Source: Myxococcota bacterium
Lineage (GTDB): Bacteria > Myxococcota_A > UBA796 > SXON01
Reading direction: 5' to 3'
Length of the DNA: 64,000 bases
Assembly (NCBI GenBank): GCA_040386535.1
Contig: JAZKFH010000013.1
Location: 514,827 to 578,826, forward strand
Positions 18,677 to 26,846 of the stretch are shown piece by piece (the stretch's first letter is position 1; every line of letters begins with the position of its first letter). A program made the translations under genes and the position numbers. The notes below the pieces were generated by a model that did no database searches, had not been told where the DNA came from, and saw nothing but the letters and a program-made list of their open reading frames with translations.

Positions 18677-19477
18677 ATGTTGGATCGGATCGACGCGGTG
18701 ACGCGTAGCTTGGAAGCACGGTTTGGAGCGGCACCCGACGTGGGCGTGGTGCTGGGGAGCGGCCTCGGCGCCTTCGCCGCCTCCCTGGAAGATCCTCAGC
18801 GCGCCGCCTACGGCGAGGTCGGGCTGCCCGGCTCCAACGTGCCGGGACACGCGGGTGAGCTCGTGGTGGGCACCCTCGCCGGCCGCCGCGTCGCCTGCTT
18901 CTCCGGCCGGCTGCACCTCTACGAGGGCCACGACGCCTCGACCGCCGCGCTCGGCATCCGCGCGCTCGCCCGCTGGGGCGCCCGCGGGGTGGTGCTCTCC
19001 AGCGCCGTCGGCGGGGTGGATCCCACGCTCGAGACGGGCGAGCTGATCCTGGTGTCCGACCACATCAACCTGCTAGGCGCCAACCCCCTCCGCGGCCCCA
19101 ACCTCGACGCCCTCGGGCCGCGTTTCCCCGACCTGTCGAACATCTACACGCCGCGCCTCCGCGCGCTCGCGCACGAGGTGGCCGGGCGTCGCCTGCGGGA
19201 GGGGGTCTACGCCGCGATGCCGGGCCCCTCCTACGAGACCCCCGCCGAGGTCCGGATGTTGCGCATCCTCGGCGCCCACGTGGTCGGCATGAGCCTCATC
19301 CCCGAGTCGATCGCCGCCGCGCACGCCGGAATGGAGGTGCTCGCGGTGTCGGTGGTCGCGAACCCGGCCGCCGGCTTGACCGAGGAGAAGCTCGCCCACG
19401 CCGACGTGACCGCCGCGGTGAACAAGGCCGCCGAGGCCTTCACTGCGCTCGTGCGCGGCGTGGTGGCCGCATGGTGA
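18677..19477 (+). CDS. punA: Purine nucleoside phosphorylase (trimeric, PunA/XapA type)
   Basis: VLGSGLG, VPGHAG, GRLHLYEG, DHINL, GPSYETPAE, VGMS; AAGGAAGG RBS. Confidence 0.92.
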   Translation: MLDRIDAVTRSLEARFGAAPDVGVVLGSGLGAFAASLEDPQRAAYGEVGLPGSNVPGHAGELVVGTLAGRRVACFSGRLHLYEGHDASTAALGIRALARWGARGVVLSSAVGGVDPTLETGELILVSDHINLLGANPLRGPNLDALGPRFPDLSNIYTPRLRALAHEVAGRRLREGVYAAMPGPSYETPAEVRMLRILGAHVVGMSLIPESIAAAHAGMEVLAVSVVANPAAGLTEEKLAHADVTAAVNKAAEAFTALVRGVVAAW

Positions 19478-19908
19478 CCCCCGGCGAGGCCCCCACGGTC
19501 GACCAGCTGGTCGCGCTCGCCCGCGCCGCCCGCGAGCACGCCTACGCGCCGTACTCCCGCTTCAAGGTGGGCGCCGCCCTCGTCGGCGGCAGCGGGCGGG
19601 TCTACACCGGCTGCAACGTCGAGAACGCCAGCTACTCGCACACCTGCTGCGCCGAGCGGACCGCCGTGTTCAAGGCGGTGTCGGAGGGCGAGACGAGCAT
19701 CCTCGGCATCGCGATCGTCACCGACACGCAGCCGCCGGCGTCGCCGTGCGGATCGTGCCGCCAGGTGCTCCACGAGTTCGGTGCCGACGCGTTCGTCGTG
19801 GTCGCCAACCTCGAAGGGGAGCAGCGCCGGTCGACCGTGCGGGCCTACCTGCCCGAGGGCTTCGATCCCGAGGTCGTGCTCGCCGCCATTCGTCGCGGCG
19901 AGCGGTAG
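19471..19908 (+). CDS. cdd: Cytidine deaminase
   Basis: AYAPYSRFKVGAA, GCNVENASY, CAERTA, PCGSCRQ. Confidence 0.96.
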   Translation: MVTPGEAPTVDQLVALARAAREHAYAPYSRFKVGAALVGGSGRVYTGCNVENASYSHTCCAERTAVFKAVSEGETSILGIAIVTDTQPPASPCGSCRQVLHEFGADAFVVVANLEGEQRRSTVRAYLPEGFDPEVVLAAIRRGER

Positions 19909-19912
19909 GCCG

Positions 19913-21202
19913 CTACTCGGCCTCGACCGCTTCCGCCGCGGCACCTGGGGCGCGCCGACCCCGACGCCGCCGCCGCTTCTTGCCGTCCGCCGAGGCGCCG
20001 CCGGGGGCGGCCGTGCCGTTGGCGCTCTGGTCGAGCACCTCGTTCACGAGCCGCACGAGCGCGTCGCCGTGGGTCTCGAGCTGCCACTCGCGGATCTCGG
20101 GCACCGCCGCGAGCTCCTCGAGAGTGCGGGGCGCGCGCCGGGTGATCTCCTTGAGGAGCCCGTTCGCGGCGATCGTGATGGGGGCGACGTTGCTGCCGCG
20201 CCCGACGATGTCGTTGCGCCATTCCTTGAGCCGGTTCAAGAGCCGCTCGGCGTCGCGACCGCGCAACATCGTGGGGCCGCCGCTCGACCCGTGGGAGGGC
20301 TCGCGGACCGCGGGGTCGGGGATGGGCGTCTCGTCGGCGAGGCCGGCGATCACGGTCTCGGCGAGGCGCGTGCCGTGGCGACGCACGAGGCCCGAGCCGC
20401 GCCGCATCATGCTGGCGATGCCGTCCGCGGTGGTGGGGCGGGTGCGCGCGATGTCGAGGAGCACGGGGTCGGGGATGACCTTGAACGCCGGGCGGTCCAT
20501 CGACGAGGCTTCCTGATCCCGGTAGGCGTAGAGCGCCCGCAGGACCCGCTGCCCGTCGAAGTCGAGCTGGCGGGCGCCCTTGACACGCAGAAAATCGGCC
20601 GGGTCGTGTACGCGGCCCTGCCACTCGCGCGCCTCCATCATCTTGCACTCTTCGATCACCGGGCGCAGCCGGCCCGAGCGCTCGAGCTTGCTGGAGAGCA
20701 CCTCGCGCAGGGACGGAAGCCAGTGGGTGTCGCCGCGGGCGTACTGGAGGTGCTCGAACTCGAGCGGGCGCGCGGCCCAGTCGTGGCGCTGGTAGCGCTT
20801 GTCGATCACGTGGCCGAAGAACTGCCCGATGAGGTCCGCGAGGCCGATGCGCGGCAGCCCGAGGAACTGGCTGGCGATCATCGTGTCGAACAGGTTCGAG
20901 AAGGCGAACCCGTAGTCACGCTTGAGGCTCACCACGTCGTAGTCGGCGCCGTGGAAGATCTTCACCTTCTGCGGATCGGCCATCAGGTCGCCCAGGGGCG
21001 ACATGTCGTCGAGCGAGAGGGGGTCGATGATATAGTCGGCCTCGTAGTCCGAGATCTGGACGAGGCAGACTTTTTCTTGATAGTGGTGGAAGCTGTCGGA
21101 CTCGGTGTCGATGCCGAGTACGGACGCTTTGCGCAGCTGCTCCACGGCATCACGTAGCGCCGCGTCGCTCTCGACCATCACGAGGGGGGTGTCACCGAAC
21201 AT
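19913..21202 (-). CDS. rnd: Ribonuclease D (DEDDy exonuclease + two HRDC domains)
   Basis: IDTE, KIFHGADYD, FDTMIA, DWAARPL, YARGD, MDRPAFKV; start uncertain. Confidence 0.9.
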   Translation of the reverse strand: MFGDTPLVMVESDAALRDAVEQLRKASVLGIDTESDSFHHYQEKVCLVQISDYEADYIIDPLSLDDMSPLGDLMADPQKVKIFHGADYDVVSLKRDYGFAFSNLFDTMIASQFLGLPRIGLADLIGQFFGHVIDKRYQRHDWAARPLEFEHLQYARGDTHWLPSLREVLSSKLERSGRLRPVIEECKMMEAREWQGRVHDPADFLRVKGARQLDFDGQRVLRALYAYRDQEASSMDRPAFKVIPDPVLLDIARTRPTTADGIASMMRRGSGLVRRHGTRLAETVIAGLADETPIPDPAVREPSHGSSGGPTMLRGRDAERLLNRLKEWRNDIVGRGSNVAPITIAANGLLKEITRRAPRTLEELAAVPEIREWQLETHGDALVRLVNEVLDQSANGTAAPGGASADGKKRRRRRGRRAPGAAAEAVEAE

Positions 21203-21280
21203 GGGTGCGCCATTAGTCCGGCGCAGGGGCGCGGACAAGCCTTACTGAAGGGGCCCGCCCGCAGGGGGCCGCCGCGCGGA

Positions 21281-21658
21281 TCACCCCAGCGCGGCGATGC
21301 AGTCGATCTCGACTCGCGCGTCGCGAGGGAGCCCCGCGACCGCCACGGTGGCACGCGCGGGGCGCGCATCGCCGAAGAACTCGGCATACACCAGGTTCAT
21401 GGCGCTGAAGTCCGCCATGTCGCGGAGGTACACGGTGGTCTTCAGGACCCGCGCGCGCACCGTGCCCGCGGCGTGGAGCACCGCGTCCAGGTTCTTGAGC
21501 ACCTGGCGGGTCTGCAGCGCGACGTCGCCGTCGACCATCGCGCCGGACTCCGGGTCGAGCGGGATCTGGCCCGAGCAGTACAAGATCCCCCCGTGGACCA
21601 CCGCCTGCGCGTAGGGCCCGATGGCGGCGGGAGCGTTGGGGGTGGTCACGACGGTCAT
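21281..21658 (-). CDS. ridA: RidA/YjgF enamine-imine deaminase
   Basis: APAAIGPYAQA, SGQIP, PARATVAVAGLP, VEID. Confidence 0.93.
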   Translation of the reverse strand: MTVVTTPNAPAAIGPYAQAVVHGGILYCSGQIPLDPESGAMVDGDVALQTRQVLKNLDAVLHAAGTVRARVLKTTVYLRDMADFSAMNLVYAEFFGDARPARATVAVAGLPRDARVEIDCIAALG

Positions 21659-21689
21659 TCGTTCTCCGGAGGCGCGCTCGGCGACGGAT

Positions 21690-22211
21690 TCAGGGGGAGT
21701 AGACCGCGACGTAGGGCAGGCCCCGGTACAGCTCGCCGAGGTCGAGGCCGTAGCCGACCACGAACTCGTCCGGGATGGTGAAGCCCACGTAGGACAGCTC
21801 GACCTCGACCTCGCGGTTGTCCGGCTTGTCGAGCAGGGTGGCCACGTGGAGCGCCCGCGGCCCGCGGACCTTGAGCATGCGTACCAGGTAGTCGATGGTC
21901 AACCCGGTATCGACGATGTCCTCGACCAGGATGACGTTCTGGCCCTCGATGCCGTGGCGCAGGTCGTGGGTGATCTGCACGACGCCGCTCGACGAGGTGC
22001 CGCCGTGGTAGCTCGCGACGCCGAGGAACTCGATCCGCACCTCGCCGGGGATGGCGCGGAGCAGGTCGGCCGCGAAGAGCACGGAGCCCTTGAGCACCGC
22101 CACCAGCGTGATGGGCTGGTCGGGGAAGTCCTCGCGGATGCGGAGGCCGAGCTCGCGCACGCGCGTCTGGATCCGTTCCTCGGAGATCAACGTTTGAAGC
22201 GTACCGTTCAT
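21690..22211 (-). CDS. hpt: Hypoxanthine phosphoribosyltransferase
   Basis: VLKGS, VEDIVDTGLT, LLDKP, FVVGYGLD. Confidence 0.96.
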   Translation of the reverse strand: MNGTLQTLISEERIQTRVRELGLRIREDFPDQPITLVAVLKGSVLFAADLLRAIPGEVRIEFLGVASYHGGTSSSGVVQITHDLRHGIEGQNVILVEDIVDTGLTIDYLVRMLKVRGPRALHVATLLDKPDNREVEVELSYVGFTIPDEFVVGYGLDLGELYRGLPYVAVYSP

Positions 22212-22220
22212 GTGCGTCCT

Positions 22221-23036
22221 TCAGACCCAGGAGTTGTTGAGGACCTCGCCCAGGCCGCCGGCGCCGGGCACGATGTACTGATGTTCGTCGAGTCCGCGCT
22301 CTTCGTGCGGGATCGTGCCGGGCACGCGCTCGAGCGCCGCCGGGCTGGAGAAGGCGCGGTCGAGCCGGATGGCGTGGATCACCACCTCGGGGTGGGCGGC
22401 GTGGACACGCTGAACGTATTCTGGCGTGACCACGAGGTGCACGAACACGACGCGCGTGGGCGTGCCCGCGCCGATGGCAGCGTAGTGATCGAGCACGTGG
22501 CACAACGACCCGCCGGTGGCCCCCATCGGATCGGGGATGACGAGCAGCGCGCCCGCGATGGGCCCGCCGATCTTCGCGGCGGCGACGGACGCGCCGGTGA
22601 CGCCACCGTCCGCCCCGGTCGTGCGGCTCACGAACATGTGGTCCTGCCGAACGCCACCCGGCTCGAGCGCCTCGTTGAAGCGGTCGTAGAAGAGCTGGGC
22701 CGAGAGGATGCCCGCGCGCGCAACGTCCACCACGACCACGCGCTGGGTCCGCGTGAGGATCACGCCGTCGTAGGCCTCGTCGGGGTGCTTCGCCGTCATG
22801 CGCGTCGGGACGCGCGCGAGCTCGACAGGGAGCTCGGCGTTGGCCACCTCGGTGAAGAGGTACTCGAACAGGCGGGCGGCGAGCCGGCCGACCTCCGGCT
22901 GGTGCGTGTCCGGGTGGCCGAGGCGCGCGAGCATCGAGAGCGCCAGCGGCGTGCCGTGCAGATGCAGGTTCGGGCCGTAGGCGTGGGGCGTGCCGGCGTT
23001 GCCGGGGACCCGGGTGGTGTGAGCCAGATCCCTCAT
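22221..23036 (-). CDS. upp: Uracil phosphoribosyltransferase (atypical long form)
   Basis: VARAG, PDPMGATGGS PRPP loop, YIVPGAGGLG tail; ATGA overlap with upstream gene. Confidence 0.8.
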   Translation of the reverse strand: MRDLAHTTRVPGNAGTPHAYGPNLHLHGTPLALSMLARLGHPDTHQPEVGRLAARLFEYLFTEVANAELPVELARVPTRMTAKHPDEAYDGVILTRTQRVVVVDVARAGILSAQLFYDRFNEALEPGGVRQDHMFVSRTTGADGGVTGASVAAAKIGGPIAGALLVIPDPMGATGGSLCHVLDHYAAIGAGTPTRVVFVHLVVTPEYVQRVHAAHPEVVIHAIRLDRAFSSPAALERVPGTIPHEERGLDEHQYIVPGAGGLGEVLNNSWV

Positions 23037-24973
23037 GGATCCTCGCTGGGGAGCAGGGTGGTGAGCAGCGAGAGCGTGTCGAGCAGCACCTGGAGGGTGC
23101 CGCCGTGCACGAGGCGCGCGGTGAACGGGATCGGGCCTTCGCGCGTGAGCTCGGTGTGGGCGGCGGCGTCGCGCAGCGCGTCGGCCTCGACGAGCACGAG
23201 CAGCGGGCGCAGCAGCGCGGTGTCTTCGAGGGTTTCGGCGAGTGAGTCGAGCACGTCGAGCGCCGGATCGGCCTCGCAGAGCGCGGCCACGGCGTCGAGA
23301 GCGCCGACGGAGAGCGCGTCGGGCTCGGCGAGCAGGCCGCCGAGGGCACCGAGGGTGGTCCAGGTGCCCGACTGGGCGAGCGCGGCCTTCACGGGCCCCG
23401 CGAGGGCCGCGAGCGGGGTCTCTCCCGTCGCGTCGGCGGTCAGCACCACCGCGGCGGTGTCCCACACGAGCGTGAAGTCGAGCGGCGGGGTGCCGGCGGG
23501 GAGGTCTGCCGGGTCGTGGTAGTCCCACGGGTCGAGCAGGGTCGGCAGCAGCGCGAGCAGATCGGCCGCGAGCGCGGTGTCCGCCGTGTCCCGGAGGAGC
23601 TCCTCGACGGGGGCCACGATGCCGAGGGCGTGGGCCTCGCCGACGGTGTCGACCAGCGCGGGCACCTGGCCGCGGTCATCCAGGGTCGCGAGCGCGTCGA
23701 GCAGGACCAGAAGGAGCTCGTCCGTCTGCGGATCCGCGAGGCGATCGAGCGCGTGCAGGTCCGACACGAGCTGGGTGTCGATCACCGGGCAGACGCCGCT
23801 GTCGGCGACGGCGGTCAGGATGTCGTCGGTGAGCGCGACGCCGAGCAGATCGCCGAGGAGATCGACCCCGCCGTCCACCGTGGACGGCGCCTGGCGCGCG
23901 AGGAGCTGGAGCAGCTCGACCGAGAGGTTGCCCAGGGAGATGTCGACGTCGAAGAACACGAGGTCGATGGAGCAGTCCACCTCGGTGTTCGCGTCGTGCA
24001 GGAGCCGGAGGAGGGCCACCAGGGCGCTGTCCTCGGTCGTCGAGAGCGACCCGCCCCTCGCGTCGACCGAGGTGAGGTACAGCACCTGCGCAGGCAGCAC
24101 GTCGAGCCGCCCGGCGTCGGCCTGATCGCGGAGAACCAGCTCGAGGGCGTCCCGCAGGCGCGTGTCCGCCAACACCGGAGCGAGCGGCTCGGCGAGGTGG
24201 TCGAGCGTGATCCGACCGTCGCCTTCGCGGGTGTACAACAGGGTCGCGAGGTCACGGAGCGAGTGGCCGCTGGCACCGCTCCAGCGATCGTTGTCGCCGT
24301 CGGCGACGCGCGCGAGCGCGTCCGAGAGGTCGGGCGCCCAGCTCGTGGCGAGGTCCGAGAGCGTGGGGTCCGTGGACACGCCGACGCTGGCGAGGGTCCA
24401 CAGGAGGCTTCGTGTCGCGTCCGACCGGACGGCGTCCGCCACGGGGGCGAGCGGCGCGAGATCCTCGTCGAGCACCGCGCCGGCGGCGGCGCCCATCACC
24501 GGTAGCGCCGGTACCAGCAGGCCGCTGTCGAGCGCGGACTGGCTGTTGAAGGGCACGGACGCGCCGAGCCACGGCCACGGCTTCCCGTAGATGAGCTCGA
24601 GGCCCACGTGCATCACGTCGAAGACGGGGGAGGGGTCCTCGAGCAGCACGATCGCGTCGTCGAGCAGCGCGCCGAGGGACAAATCCGCCATCGGAAGGTC
24701 CGCGATCCAGCGCGCGAGCACCAGGCCGGCGGCGCCCTCGCGGGTCTCCCCGTCGAGCGCCACGTCGAGCGGCGCATAGGCTTCGATCGCGCCCGTGCCG
24801 TTGAGGCACGCGAACACCGCATGCGCCTCGGCGGTGGAGGCGGTGTCGAGCCCGTCGAGCAGGTTCGCCTCGTAACAGGCGCCCGAGGGCTCGACCTGGG
24901 CACGCCAATCCTCCCCCGTGTCAGCGAAGGAGCAGGCTCCGAGCGCCAACGAGGGGAGGACGAGCGCCCGCAC
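23033..24973 (-). CDS. Hypothetical acidic helical lipoprotein
   Basis: LALGAC lipobox; long Leu/Asp/Ala-rich ORF tightly packed between neighbours. Confidence 0.65.
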   Translation of the reverse strand: MRALVLPSLALGACSFADTGEDWRAQVEPSGACYEANLLDGLDTASTAEAHAVFACLNGTGAIEAYAPLDVALDGETREGAAGLVLARWIADLPMADLSLGALLDDAIVLLEDPSPVFDVMHVGLELIYGKPWPWLGASVPFNSQSALDSGLLVPALPVMGAAAGAVLDEDLAPLAPVADAVRSDATRSLLWTLASVGVSTDPTLSDLATSWAPDLSDALARVADGDNDRWSGASGHSLRDLATLLYTREGDGRITLDHLAEPLAPVLADTRLRDALELVLRDQADAGRLDVLPAQVLYLTSVDARGGSLSTTEDSALVALLRLLHDANTEVDCSIDLVFFDVDISLGNLSVELLQLLARQAPSTVDGGVDLLGDLLGVALTDDILTAVADSGVCPVIDTQLVSDLHALDRLADPQTDELLLVLLDALATLDDRGQVPALVDTVGEAHALGIVAPVEELLRDTADTALAADLLALLPTLLDPWDYHDPADLPAGTPPLDFTLVWDTAAVVLTADATGETPLAALAGPVKAALAQSGTWTTLGALGGLLAEPDALSVGALDAVAALCEADPALDVLDSLAETLEDTALLRPLLVLVEADALRDAAAHTELTREGPIPFTARLVHGGTLQVLLDTLSLLTTLLPSEDP

Positions 24974-24975
24974 GT

Positions 24976-25554
24976 TCAGTCGAACAGGTAGCGGACGCCG
25001 AGGTAGGCGTTGGTCGTGGGGTAGAAGCGCTTGCGGTAGCGCGCCCCGCCCGTGACGGAGGCCGCGAGCTGGACGCGGCGTGCCGCCATCCAGGTGCCGC
25101 CCACGCCGGCTTCGCCCAACGCGTAGCCCGTGAAGTCACTGGTGAAGACGCCCGCGCCGAGCGTGCCGACGATGGTCAGCTGGATGGCGCCGGGGTCACC
25201 GAGGATGCCCCATTGCAGACCGGCGCTGATGACGCCGAGGTCACGCGGGACATCGCGGACGTTGAAGATGGGCCCGTTCTTCGGGTCCTGCTGGGCGGAA
25301 TCCTGCAGGTAGTACCCGCGGAAGATGCCCATGATCTTCAGATCCTTGTCGCCGAGGACGATCTCCAACCCACCACCGAAGTTGGGGTTGAGCTGGTCTT
25401 CGGGATCCATCTGGGTGGCGACCCCGTTTACGTCTTCCTCGTAGGAATAGACGCGGTCGCCGTGCAGGCCGGCGGTGGTGACGAGGCCGATGCCCCCGGC
25501 GAGAGCCGTGGAGGGGGCGAGGGCGAGGAGGGCGAGCGGGATGATGGGACGCAT
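24976..25554 (-). CDS. Hypothetical outer-membrane beta-barrel protein
   Basis: Sec signal ending ALA-G; alternating beta-strand pattern; C-terminal LGVRYLFD. Confidence 0.65.
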   Translation of the reverse strand: MRPIIPLALLALAPSTALAGGIGLVTTAGLHGDRVYSYEEDVNGVATQMDPEDQLNPNFGGGLEIVLGDKDLKIMGIFRGYYLQDSAQQDPKNGPIFNVRDVPRDLGVISAGLQWGILGDPGAIQLTIVGTLGAGVFTSDFTGYALGEAGVGGTWMAARRVQLAASVTGGARYRKRFYPTTNAYLGVRYLFD

Positions 25555-25973
25555 CGAGCGACGGTCTCCGGGGGAACGCGCACTGATACACCACAACGGG
25601 GGTGCAGCGCAACCCGGGCGGGCATGCGCCACACGACGGCTCCCGAGCGAGTTCTGTAGTCAATCGTACCCACCGGGCATCTGCGCCAGCGCCGATCCAG
25701 AGCTTCGTTCCGGAGCCGCGCGCGCCTCTCCGACGTGCGTCCACACGACGTTCTCTCGCTATCGCCGGGCTAAGTGCCCGGGATTGTTCAAGTAGCGAGA
25801 AATTGAAAGCGCCTATCCCGCCGCTGATCGTCCTCGGATCGCGCTGGTAGGCGTCTTTTCGACAGTCCCGCGACATCCTCTCCACCGCCGAATTCTGGTA
25901 TACAGGTTCCGTCGTCGCGGAGCTCCAGCTTCACGAACGCACGTCAACCAGTCCAACCAGAGGGATTCCGCTC

Positions 25974-26267
25974 ATGAACAAGAAGGAACTCATCGCGAAG
26001 CTCGCCAAGACCACCGGCCTCTCGCAGGCGAAGGCTGGCGAGGTCCTCAACGCCCTCTTCGACGCCGAGACCGGCAAGGGCATCCTGGCCATCGAGCTCG
26101 ATGCCGGCCACAAGGTCACGATCCCGGGCTTCGGCACCTTCGGCACCAAGAGCCGCGCCCAGCGCGTCGGCACGAACCCCGCCAACGGTGAGAAGATCCA
26201 GATCGAAGCGAAGAAGTACGCGTTCTTCAAGCCGGGCAAGACGCTGCGCGAGCGCGTAGCCGTCTAG
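25974..26267 (+). CDS. hup: HU family DNA-binding protein
   Basis: MNKKELI, PGFGTF, GTNPANGE, FKPGKTL. Confidence 0.93.
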   Translation: MNKKELIAKLAKTTGLSQAKAGEVLNALFDAETGKGILAIELDAGHKVTIPGFGTFGTKSRAQRVGTNPANGEKIQIEAKKYAFFKPGKTLRERVAV

Positions 26268-26423
26268 TCCGCGTTTTGTCGCGCGGGGCTGTCGAAGCCG
26301 ATGCGACCACCATTCGGGGTGCCAGGACGGCGCCCCGACGTGTTTTTGGCGCTTGTTTTCAGTGCCCGGGCTCGGCCGAGCGACTGCACGGCACGACTCC
26401 GCGGCGCGTGCGCGGGCGACCCG

Positions 26424-26846
26424 TCAGGGAGCGGGTGCGGCCGTGACGGTGAGCGAGACGCGCTCGCTACGTCCGTGGCGGTTCACGATCTCGACCGGCC
26501 ACTCGCCCGCGCCGAGGTCGGGGACGATGAAGGTGAGGGTCTGCACGCACGTGTCGCACGGGGTGTCGCACTCCTCGCACTCGTCGCACGTGGAGCAGCC
26601 GCCGGTGTCCCGGCAATCGTCGCAGTCGTCGCACGTGGAGCGGTCGATCGCGACGAGCTCGGCGCGCGCGGCGCCGACGGTCACCGCCGTGTCCCACGCC
26701 TCGGTGAGGGGCTGGGTGGTCACCACGATCTGCTCGCCGGGCATCGCGCTGGAGGGAACGAGCGTGGGCGTGTGGAGGGCACACGTCCGGGCGTCGGTCG
26801 TGACAGGGGCCTGGCACGCCAGCATCAGGACAATCGAGAAGAGCAT
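26424..26846 (-). CDS. Small lipoprotein, IPT/TIG-like fold with Cys/Asp-rich insert
   Basis: MLAC lipobox; LTFIVPDL..G..PVEIVNRHG pattern; CDDCDDC...CSTCDECEECDTPCDTC; TGATG overlap with PBP stop. Confidence 0.65.
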   Translation of the reverse strand: MLFSIVLMLACQAPVTTDARTCALHTPTLVPSSAMPGEQIVVTTQPLTEAWDTAVTVGAARAELVAIDRSTCDDCDDCRDTGGCSTCDECEECDTPCDTCVQTLTFIVPDLGAGEWPVEIVNRHGRSERVSLTVTAAPAP

